Made by a program: the position numbers and the translations under genes. Shown here piece by piece: positions 14,053-24,600 of a stretch of DNA of 64,000 nt; the stretch's first letter is position 1, and the number at the start of each line of letters is the position of its first letter. The notes under the pieces were generated by a model that was not told where the DNA came from, ran no database searches, and saw nothing but the letters and a program-made list of their open reading frames with translations. Origin of the DNA: Pocillopora damicornis (lineage: Eukaryota). The stretch is taken from NCBI RefSeq assembly GCF_003704095.1, contig NW_020844153.1, positions 496,001 to 560,000 of the forward strand, given 5' to 3'.

Positions 14053-15149
14053 CCTTTTTGCACCAAAACAGTAGTTGCTGAAACAGGAAGCGCAGATTGT
14101 CGACAAAAATCTGAAATTTAGATGAAGTAGTTATAGGTCAAACAGGCATTGAACCGTCAACTTCCGCGAGTTTTGGTTATTGAAATCACGTCCAATTAGT
14201 TTCTCTGGCTACAATCAAAGCATAATTTTTCTCTAAAAATAGGAAGTACAAACTGCTCATTTGGAGTTATTTAAAAGAAAATCGATTGGGTATCTTCTAA
14301 GTGAACATTTCTTTAATTTGTGGTATTTGAAAACCTTCAGCAATAATGCATTTGAGATTCTTTCTTGATTGTACACATATGTATGGCCAAACGTGATTAA
14401 TTCATTCCAAGTGTAATTGCTTCTTCTATGGATCAATGTCAAGAATTTTGAATCTTCAGTTCAACGTACAACAAAGAAAGCAAATTTACTTTCTTTAAAC
14501 AATCAAATACATATTCATAACAATCCCTACCAGCAAAATAGCGGAGCTAATCGAGGCGGGAGGGAACTGAAAAGAGAGTGCATGCATATACGAACAATGA
14601 AAACAGTGCGTTAAGTTATAGATAAGCCCATTAGCTGAACTGTTGTTGTTCAGCACTGAAGTTTGGAGGCTGATCAAATTGATATTCTTAGATCTTTTTA
14701 TCAAAATTTTCTTGGAGAACAACGATACTGCTTGCGGAACCTAGAAGTTCCCTAAGTGAAACGAGCCCCTAGCGCATTTTAGGAATTCAACTGATACCGT
14801 TAAAATGAGTTTATCTTTCCTTGTAATTAATTAATAAGGCAAAATGTACAATGTGCATCGATTGTGAAATCTTATTGAAAAAAAGTGAAAGAAAACTATG
14901 ATAAAAAGGAATTTCAACAGCAACTTAAACCAATAGCCTATATTCACACCAGCAAAACATGTTTTGTTAAACTGATTTTCACTGAATGAAACTCGTAGAG
15001 AGAGAACTGGAAAAACTTAATTTCCATAGGAATTAACTAATTGCTAATTAGCATTTCCAATTTGCTATAATTTAAGTAGAAAAACATTAGGTTAAGTTGT
15101 TTCTTCGAAGAAAAAAAATTAAACTGTGTTCAACAAAACAACTTTTAAA

Positions 15150-15650
15150 CATTTTTAAGTTTTAGTGTGAATGGGGTCAAGACGCCACAATCAGAGCCGA
15201 TAGAGATAAAATAGAAATCAAAACCAACCTGATGTGTACAAGGGCGAGCAACCAAGCTCAAGTCGCGATTGGCTTTATGTTTACAGCTCATTTCGACCGA
15301 GTGTCGTAAACCAAAACCATTATAATCACAACACCCAAACAGAAGAAGAAACATATCAAAAGAACCCAACGATAAGCTAAAATAAAAGCAAGTAACGGCT
15401 TGAAGCGCGGGAAAACGCCGGCGATTAAATCGCAATTGGTTTTAGTTTCGCATTTGATTGGTTGCGAGGATGCGTGAGTTCTCTTATCCAATCACAAAGT
15501 GATGTAAAGTAAGACCAACGCAATCTCGCATAACTTTCGAAACTCGATTGAAAGTTCCTCTTAACTGATTGGTTGAGAGGATGGCACACTGGGTTACTCG
15601 ACCCAGCAATTGTATTTCTTTAATTAAACACTCAATTGGAATATGCTCAA
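15150..15650. mobile_element. Nested pair of TA-flanked (Tc1/mariner-type) MITEs: inner copy 15284..15561 inside an older copy of the same family
   Basis: Inner copy bounded by TA at 15282-83 and 15562-63 with imperfect terminal inverted repeats. Joining the flanks gives aagtcgcgattggctttatgttt/aactgattggttgagaggatg, which matches the inner copy's own aaatcgcaattggttttagtttcgcatttgattggttgcgaggatg. Confidence 0.6.
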
Positions 15651-17546
15651 TAAGCAGCCAGCACATCGCCTTGAAATTTTGGGGATTTGTTGGAGCTTTC
15701 TTAAATTTTGTGCGCCGTAGAAGCAAACCAACTACACCGACAACACCCAGATATTTCATGACCGCTTGGAAGGTATTACCGATATCAGATATGCATGCTA
15801 ATTTGCAAGAGCTTTATCTGCCATTAGCTAATAACTCTTCAGTCACGAAGGACATAGAAAGTGTTCTTTGTAGACACTTGAGGAACTTGATTATAGAATT
15901 TGGCTCTAAAAAAAGGCAACACCTCTAATTTCTCAGATACGATAGTTATCACTAGATATCGACTGTATTTAGAGAGGCTCTGATATTAACAGGAAAAAAC
16001 ATATTATAAAACATAGTTAACCATAATTTTCTCCAGAAAAATATTCGATAATTAGTAAATGTTAACGTTTAAACTGAAACAAAACGGGAACGAACATCCT
16101 TGATAAGCTACACTGTCCATAAACGGACAATTGTTTATTATATCAAAACATGCACTCCTTTAAAAAATGTAACAATATAATTTCCTGAATGTAAATAGAT
16201 CGTTTTTATGGTCAATATCTTGTTGAGAACGTTCGACGTCTGTGCGGTCCTGTCTTTATTTGAATCGTCGGCCAAAAACCATTCTTTGAGAGTTGTTGAT
16301 CAATGCTCTAGATCTGTGACAAGTCTATAACAGAGATTATCAGCAGACTCTTAGTGACCCCTTCTCTTGAACCTGCACGTTCGACGCAGGCAAGGCGGCT
16401 GATGTTGGAAGTACGCAGATGTATATTACAATCCCACTGAAACTACCAATACGAGGGGATATTGCATTCTGAATGCTGTTTATATCGAACTGATTGAATT
16501 AATCTGATCACCGTATCAATTCAATCACCGGAAAACAACTGCTGAGAACCGCCAGTTTGACTCGTTCCAAAAATAAAATTAGACTACCAGACTATTCTTC
16601 TCTGAGAGGGATCTATTTATGGCGCGTGCAAAGCTATTACAGTACAACGATTTAATTTCTACGTTTTGTTGATTTGACAAGGGGGGCCTTTCGTTAGCTT
16701 ACGCTGATACTACAATGAAAACAGTTTTGTATTAGACGTACTCGTACTAATTCGTTTTGTTTTATCTGTCTGCCAGGTCAGCTTTGCGTCGCTAGCAAAA
16801 TATTTAGAAAATTGGCTCTCCAAAAATGACCCAGACCTCTTTAGTTTTCCTGTATTGCCTAACATCGGCGCCAGAGTGTAATACTCACATCCTGAAGCCT
16901 TAGTTTACTTAGGAATTAAAAATATTTGTTTTAAGTTTGGATCACGATACGATTCTTTGCCTTGGCTGCCTTAGTTGAAAGGCATTGCTTTACGCATGTG
17001 CGGGAACTAATCAGGCCATCGAAGATACACTTTTTCCAAACAAGAGGCCTTTTCAAGCATTCCCTGTTTTCAATGTGATCGATGACATCTTTGCTTTCAA
17101 ATGTTGATGCTGATTTGGTACAAACACTACTTTGTTTAACGGGGCCCTTATTGAAACGATGAAGGCAACGAGAAGGAAAAGACTGAAAGTGTACAGATCA
17201 GTATTTGGTTTGAAGATCGACATTTTATATTTCATATTTGCTCCCAGGTCACTGGGCAAAACATTGCATTGAGGAGCTTCAGCTGGCCTGCTACAGAGAC
17301 TCTCACTCGTTGCACTGATCGTAAAGCAAAGCATTGATACTTATGCTGGTTCTATACATTTGTCACAACAAGTCAATCATCTAGATTTCCGAATAAACAC
17401 CTTCACCGTCAGTCCACTTTGCAAAACCTTGCAACAAATTGGTCACCGCACGGCCCCGTACCCATTACATCGATCGCATTCCCGTTATCACACCTGAATT
17501 ACTTCCTTCCGCAGGAAACCCACTTTGGATCCATATACATTTATCA

Positions 17547-17897
17547 CTATAAGTCGTTCATCTCTATTTCCGAATAATCACCCTCATCGTCATCATCTTC
17601 ATTTTCAAGCCTAGTTCTTCCCTTATCACCCTTTCGTTTTAAACTTTTCGCGCATCGTCCACTCCGGTACAGTTCAACTGTGATGATGATCGTCGCGATG
17701 AACAAGAAAGCGGACACAAGGCCGATGAACATGTAAAGAGCAACATTTTCATGGTGTCTCTTTGCCTCTGGAGATAGGTTCGTGGCACCTTTAGTGAGGC
17801 CCAGCGAATTAAGAGCGTCTGTTAAATTGTCTTGATGGGCAATCATGGCTTTTTGACTTGAATCCTGCTCATGGGAAGGTGAAGGTTGACGGGACAT
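17547..17897 (-). CDS. Uncharacterised 116-aa single-pass membrane protein (type III topology, no signal peptide)
   Basis: ATG 17897 with an in-frame upstream stop; acceptor ttctctag at 17969-17968. N-terminal NLT and NLS sequons, one hydrophobic span (VALYMFIGLVSAFLFIATIIITVELY), basic stop-transfer segment (RSGRCAKSLKRKG), acidic tail EDDDDEGDYSEIEMNDL. Confidence 0.75.
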   Translation of the reverse strand: MSRQPSPSHEQDSSQKAMIAHQDNLTDALNSLGLTKGATNLSPEAKRHHENVALYMFIGLVSAFLFIATIIITVELYRSGRCAKSLKRKGDKGRTRLENEDDDDEGDYSEIEMNDL

Positions 17898-19163
17898 CCC
17901 TCTTAAGAATGAAGCATTGGTGCTTTTGTGTCATGTGCCTCGTTGTCCTTTTTTTTTTACTCCATTTCTAGAGAAAGAAAAGATGCATTTAAACATTTTT
18001 TAAAATATTCAGGAAACCTTAATCATGCTTTTCAAGGTATAAAATTCAAGAAAAATATCTCAAAATCAGCCACAGACATTGCCTAATTAAATCTAACTTT
18101 TTCATAACCGTGTTTGTGTTCAGTCTTACATAAGGTCAAAAACCATGCCTTGCGAACCAAGCAAAACTTAGTAAATACATTTTAGTACGACTTGTGTCAG
18201 ATGCAGATTTTCATTGGAAAAACATCTATAAATAGAACCAGAGATGAATACCTTTTCTCTTTCACATAAATTTAATTTCAAGTTTATATTTAGAGTTAGA
18301 CAATTCAACATCTGATATCTCATCGATTGGGGAAGAATAATCAGTGAAATCAGTTTTAAAAGCAATGCGTGAAACAAAGGCTTTTGTGGCGACACGTTAA
18401 AGTGAAAAAACCAGCACTCTAGAAGTCTCAAAGATTCGTTCGGTAAGAAGAAAGCATGACTCTTTTCGCTCAGAAGTCATAATGCAATGCAAAATTCTCA
18501 TAAAAAAATCTCTCTCTCCTTCTATCAACATTTAGATAAACCTTACTGCAACTTTCTATGGTTTCCAACTCACCTTTGACAACAGCACTCCCTCGTACAT
18601 TTATAAATTTATGACGAAATAAATAGGCATTGTTATCACACATTCAAGTTACTAACACGTCAAGGGTGATAAATACAAATTCACATACAATTTCCTCAAA
18701 TGACATTTTTAAAGTAAAATTACGAATTTCGTCAAAAACAATGCTTTATTGTCAAGTTCTTGTTCCTTTCAACAATGTTTTATTTGAATTAGAGTGATTA
18801 ATTAGGCTTTCTACATTAACACATTCAATTTCAAACTGAATTTCTGCCATCAATATAGGGCGATCTCGAACCACCTTAAAACTTGCATATGTGAATAAAA
18901 CTAAGATCATTTTGTCAGATACCGCTTTAGAACTGTGACATGTGTGCGTCCTTTTTATACTGTATCAAAGCTAAAAAAAATTCTCTTAAAACGTTTGTTG
19001 ATTACAATCTCACAAAATAAAAATTTTTTCCCATATGGAAAATTTTGTTTTTCGTTCTATTACGGGCGGTAGCTTGTACAAGTTATCGTGCGCTGTTTGT
19101 CTACCAAGTCTTCATTGGTTGAGAATATATGAAAGTCATATATTTGAACTGTAGATAAAGACG

Positions 19164-19294
19164 TGAATGAAAGTGATCCTCGCAGTAATGTGCACTACTT
19201 AGGCAATGGTGAAAATAAGGCCTGAAAAAAATTCAGGCCTTATTTTCACCACTGCCTAAGTAGTGCACATTACTGCAAGGATCACTTTCATTCA
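19164..19294. repeat. Long near-perfect inverted repeat (63-bp arms, 5-nt A loop), probably a collapsed foldback/MITE element
   Basis: Arm 19164-19226 versus arm 19232-19294: 61 of 63 positions complementary. Confidence 0.9.
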
Positions 19295-21468
19295 AGTCTT
19301 CATTGTTACTGTGTGCATCCATCATGTATACAAACGCTCTTTTTTTTCATGTATACATGATTCAGGCTTTTGTATTTCTTAAAAAAAACAATATTTGCTC
19401 ATTGCAGTTAAAATTCATGAAAGTAATGATACGTTTTCTCCCCAAATTTTTTAAGGAGATTCCTGTTGCTAAGGTATCGGCTATTAGACTTTCCTGCTTG
19501 CAAACACCGACAAGCTTTTATGCAAATTCTAACTTCTTTTTCTTTTCAATAGTATATATTACGCAATTGAAACGAATCTACTTCTTTCAGATAGCACAAT
19601 TTTGAAATGTTGAGGTTGAAGACGGATTTTTCAATAAAAAGGACAAATTTTGATTAAGTGGCATGTATGGAGGCGGGCGTATAGTACACTCTAGTTTAAG
19701 TCAGATTTTTTACTTAACGAAATGGTTTGATGGTAAAGCTAGTTGACGAACTATTTAGCAAAAATCGTGTATCTCATTTTACATTTATTTTTTTTTCCTC
19801 CATTTTTGGGAAGCCAGCGGCGAACACGAAACTGAGACGAATGTACACGCGTTCGTCGCTTTGCAATAAAGGAACCTAATTTGATTGTACTGTATGCCCG
19901 CAAATGCTTTCTCATTTTGGCAAACACTGTCATAGCAGAAAGAATATTTGAAAAATTGTAACTTGTGGAAGGAACAATAACGATTTAGAAGGGAAAATAT
20001 ATATTTCTGAAGATACACAAAGACCCATTGACGAAGCAAGATCGCAATTGACCTCAACGTGAACTAACAGTGATTGAAATGTGGTGTAAATTGTTTCTCT
20101 CAATAGCTCTCAGATATTATCAAATCTCTGACTCACCTAAGATGCCTTTTATAACAAGCTTGAGTGATCCTGAGCGCTTCATTTGGCTCGTAATTCAACG
20201 AATAGCCCCGCCATTAGTTGTGGTTTAAGAAAGGGCTGGCTCAGATTAAAAACATGGACGAAGCATAAATTATGCAGAACCGAAGGGCTTGCTGGGACGA
20301 CAGACAATGAATGACCTGCTTGGTACCAGCTCAGGGTATGAATGCAATAATAGCATAGTTCTTCAGCTTTGCACAATTTTTCTCTTTAGTTTAAGGTAAA
20401 CAAGCCCAACCTATTTAAAACACAGATATGATTTGAGTTTATACAAGTAATAAAATCTTGCAAACTTAAATTTCAAATTGAAGCTAGTTTTCATGAATCT
20501 CTGTTCGTTGGCGATTCGTCTCAAAAATCTCGATAAATACAGCTACCGGCCGATGGAAATATCGTTCTCAAAGCTCTTTTCTTGATGTTATTTGATCAGT
20601 CTTTCCAGTCATGATTTTAATATCGAAATTTTACAAAGAGTGATCCTTCAACAGAGCTTTGAGCCAAAACCTTCCTCAACAAACAGCTTTAAATGGGCAA
20701 TCTCGGCAAATCTCGTTAGAACAGAAACTTGATGGTTTATTCGCCATAAAAAAGCAATAGGATACGCGGTCTGTGCCAGGTAGTTGGGGCCAAATCGGTC
20801 TTTCTCATCCACGTCTAGTGTTCCAGCAACTTCATCATCAAAGGGAGCCAAAATTCTTGGTCAAGGACACCAAAATTCGAGCTCCTCGCAATTTTCCCCG
20901 GCTGCAGCTGCTCAGTCGCTGAAATCATAACCTTTTCAAATATGGAACAGCGTCATCCCACCCCCACCCCACCCCCGACCCTCACCTCTCTTTTCGTCCA
21001 TCCTAAGACACTGCTCCTAACCGAATGTTTTTCAAGAGAATAATTTTCTTTAACCATGAAGTGAAAACACCCAGACAGGATTTTCCAACAAGCTAACTTT
21101 TTAAAACATGTATTCGTGTTTGTTTGTTTGTTTGTTTTCGTCTCCTGGCATTTTTCCTTTAATGAAAATGGTGGGCTGCGGGAAACAAAATTTTGACACT
21201 GATGGTGCCTCCGTCTCTTCCTTTTGAACCACCCATCTACGGCATCATCTAGTCGTTCCCTTCACCTTCGCCCTTCGTTTGATTTCTTAAAAGCTCAGAG
21301 AGTCAACAAAATAATGTTCAGGTATCAGAAAATCAAAAAGGTTTAAAAGACAAATCTAGTTTCGTGCCTTCGAAAAATTACCACATTGACAGAAGTGGAT
21401 GCTGGGGTACATTCCACCCAAATGTCATTTTGAGTAAACATCCGCAAGAGACTGGATTCTAGGTCTAA

Positions 21469-21480
21469 CAAATATGGCGG
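21469..21480 (+). promoter_or_regulatory. YY1-like motif in PRCC promoter/5'UTR
   Basis: CAAATATGGCGG resembles the AANATGGCG consensus and lies ~170 bp upstream of the PRCC ATG, as expected for a TATA-less housekeeping promoter. Confidence 0.35.
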
Positions 21481-21645
21481 AACTTGCGACAAAGACAGTA
21501 AAATTTTCTGACGCTTGAATATTCTCCCTGATCACACGGCTCAGTCGCTGATCGATGTAAAAGTCTACTAAAAACATCTCTAAGAACTCCTTTCCTTTGC
21601 AATTAGGGTTTGTGAATTCTTGGAACGGGTACAGAGTTGGCGAAA

Positions 21646-24600
21646 ATGTCGCTCGTCGCCTACGGGAGCAGCGGAGATGAAGAGAGCGATCAAGAACTAC
21701 AAAGCAATCTAGATGATGTTAAACATCCCTCTCTCATCTCCGAAAAAAGTGATCCCGGTAGAGGAAAGGGTTTGGTTCTTCCTAAATCGACGCAAGAGAA
21801 GAATACATCGAATTCTTCTACCAGTTTAAGTGGGAAAACCGGATTATCTTCATTTCTACCAAAGCCTAAAAATGTGAGCAACCTCGAAAGAGAAGCTGTC
21901 GACAACCACGGTTCCTCTGATAACAAGAACCTTCCTATTACCTTGGAAGGGATGGCGGATGATGAGGAGATTTTGGAAATTGTAGAAGAGTATGAGCCAA
22001 TTGCAAAAAGAGCGAAGAAGGTTGACAATGTTGATGGTGATGAGAAGCCGAAGTCTGTAGGCAGCCTTTTCTCTCTTTTACCCGCACCCTGGAAAGCAGA
22101 CAGCACCTGGCAAAGGAAAAAGAAGGATGGTAAAGCGTCTGTGGCTGAGGATAGAAAATTAAAGCAACCAGTCAAAATTTCTATCCCCACTGCACCTAAG
22201 GTAATTACAATAAACATCCAGCAGTATTCTCTGGAATAACAAGGAACCTTTTGGCCTACTGCAGGTTTCCAAAGTGTCAGCTACTTTTATTAGAGGAAAC
22301 AGTTTGATACCTGTCTTGATCTGATATGCACATTAACCTTAGCAGGCTAGTTTTTTCAACGGCAGTCTTGTGAAAATACTTCTGAGAACACTGATCATCC
22401 ATTGCAGCTTGCATTAATCATTGCATTGCCTAAAGTAGGGTTGCACTGTAGCTTGCAGTGTTTTCCTTTTCAGGCAGTAACCAGTAAAATTTTCCACTTG
22501 AAGTATGCCTTAAATCACTTGGAATTATTGAAAATTTAATAAGTAAAAGGGTTGCTCCACCAGTTTGAATATTTCTTTCACCAGTTGTGCTTAAGATAAG
22601 GGAGAATAATAAGCAAGCTGGCAAAGAAATGTTAAAGCTGCAACATATCACATTAATATACTAATCATAACCATTACAATTTCCTCACATGTAATTGGTA
22701 CAATAGCTCCTTTATTTTTCACTTATCGTTCAGTACAGTTATAATCAGACAGTAACAACATCAACCATGTATCCCTTAAAAAAAGAAAAATGGGAATTTC
22801 CAAAGTGGAAGAATCTTTTACCTAAGACATTATCTCTACCAGAGATGTTTGTTCTATATTTTTCTTTTTCCAGAAATTGTAACAGTTTTGATTAATTGGT
22901 AAGAGGACTTCATGTTGTCCAATTCTGTTTTTAATCATACATGTGACTGACAAATCAGACTCCCACTTCATGGCCATCTTTTTTTGTTTGTCATTCATAT
23001 GACCAAGTTGGACTCCACTATCACCATTATATATACCTGTTGAAAATTTGGTCTCCTTAATGCTTAGTGCACTGGACTACTGCTCAAAAGTTCAGGACTG
23101 AAGATGAGGTCTAGTCATTTTATCATGTTCCTGGTTAAGATGCTCGACTCTTACTGTGCGTATCTCCAACTAGAAGAATTGAAATACACGTATTTGCCAA
23201 AAAGTTGTCAGAGGAACCAAATAAGACACTACTGGGTAAACTTTAGTGATACAAGTTAATTCCCCTTAGTATGATGCACTCTCAGACACACTTATGTGTA
23301 GACTTGTAGAGTGTATGACAAGAGTGTAATTGTGATACATGTCTAAAGTTGGAGCACTGTATGGATGTTCCCTGTCATAAAAATATTTTAACATCTCCTC
23401 ATGATTCACATATTTGGTGGACATCTCACAATTTTGATTCAGCAGACACATGATAAGGAGTCTGCTTTTGAAAGGGACAAAATCATCATTGATATTAATT
23501 ATAAGTGAAAACAAAAAGCCACAAAGGTGTGATGCTGATCAGCAAATCTGACAAATTTTTGATAAACATTTTCTTTCAGACTGATTCTGATGATGAAGAT
23601 GATACGCCAGCAGCAAAGAAACTTGGACCATCAAAGGTAATGTATGCATAAGGTGTCAATTTATATTGATTTGTGGTAAAAAGTTTATATGCTTATGAAA
23701 AGGTTTGCTGTAAACATAGCATTAGACGCATGCCTAGGAGATGGCAGGTGGGAGTGTATTTATATTTTTTCTATTTGATCAAACTTTTATTACTACTGGT
23801 TTATTCATTTATATTTAATCTTATTTTCACTTTATAACTCAATTGCAGGGGGGAGTGGATTAATGTTTTTTACCTTGAGCAATGTATTATATGCTGCATG
23901 CTAACTTTTGACAGAGTATTTGAACTGGTTTATTTCTTTTTTTTGTAACCCTTTAAATCCTAAGATCTCATTAGTAATTCTCCTTTCTGTTTTCCATACA
24001 GTTCTTGTCATATCAGTTTGGAGAATTTGGTATTGGATCAACTTATAATCCCCTAATTGATATTTTTCTATATTCTCATCACTTTTCTGCTTGATATTGT
24101 ATTGATATTGTAAGAAGAAATTCTGTCTCAGTCACTTATGGGAGTTAAAGGAACTGATGTTCATCATTTTAAGGAAGGATCAGGACTCAAAGCACTTCTT
24201 CCCAAACCCAAGCACAGTATCACACGGAGGGCAGACAACCCAAACAAACCTGCTGTTAAATTAACAAGCAGGCCATTGATACCCCACACGTTGACAAAGA
24301 AACCAACCCCAGGACAGGAGAAGAAAACAGAAAAAATGGTTAAGAAGAGACAAGATGAAGAAACTGTCAGTGAAGATGAAGATGAGCCTGTAAGCTTTTT
24401 TACATTCAATGACAAAATTGAGATCAAATCTGACGAAAAAGTACAAACTCTTCAGAGTGAGGATACTGAGTCAATGACAAGTTTCAATGTTGCAGCAATA
24501 GAAAGGCCAAATCCTCGTTCATTATCATTGTCACAAGATCAGATACCATCAAATACTAACATGTCTCAAAGCAGTGCAAAGCATGTGGATGAAGCAACAC

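Noticed and set aside
21690-22217. 175-aa antisense ORF over PRCC exon 1 (also antisense or alternate-frame ORFs over 24164-24446 and 38785-39225)
   Set aside because: Shadow ORFs of real coding exons with no independent protein features.
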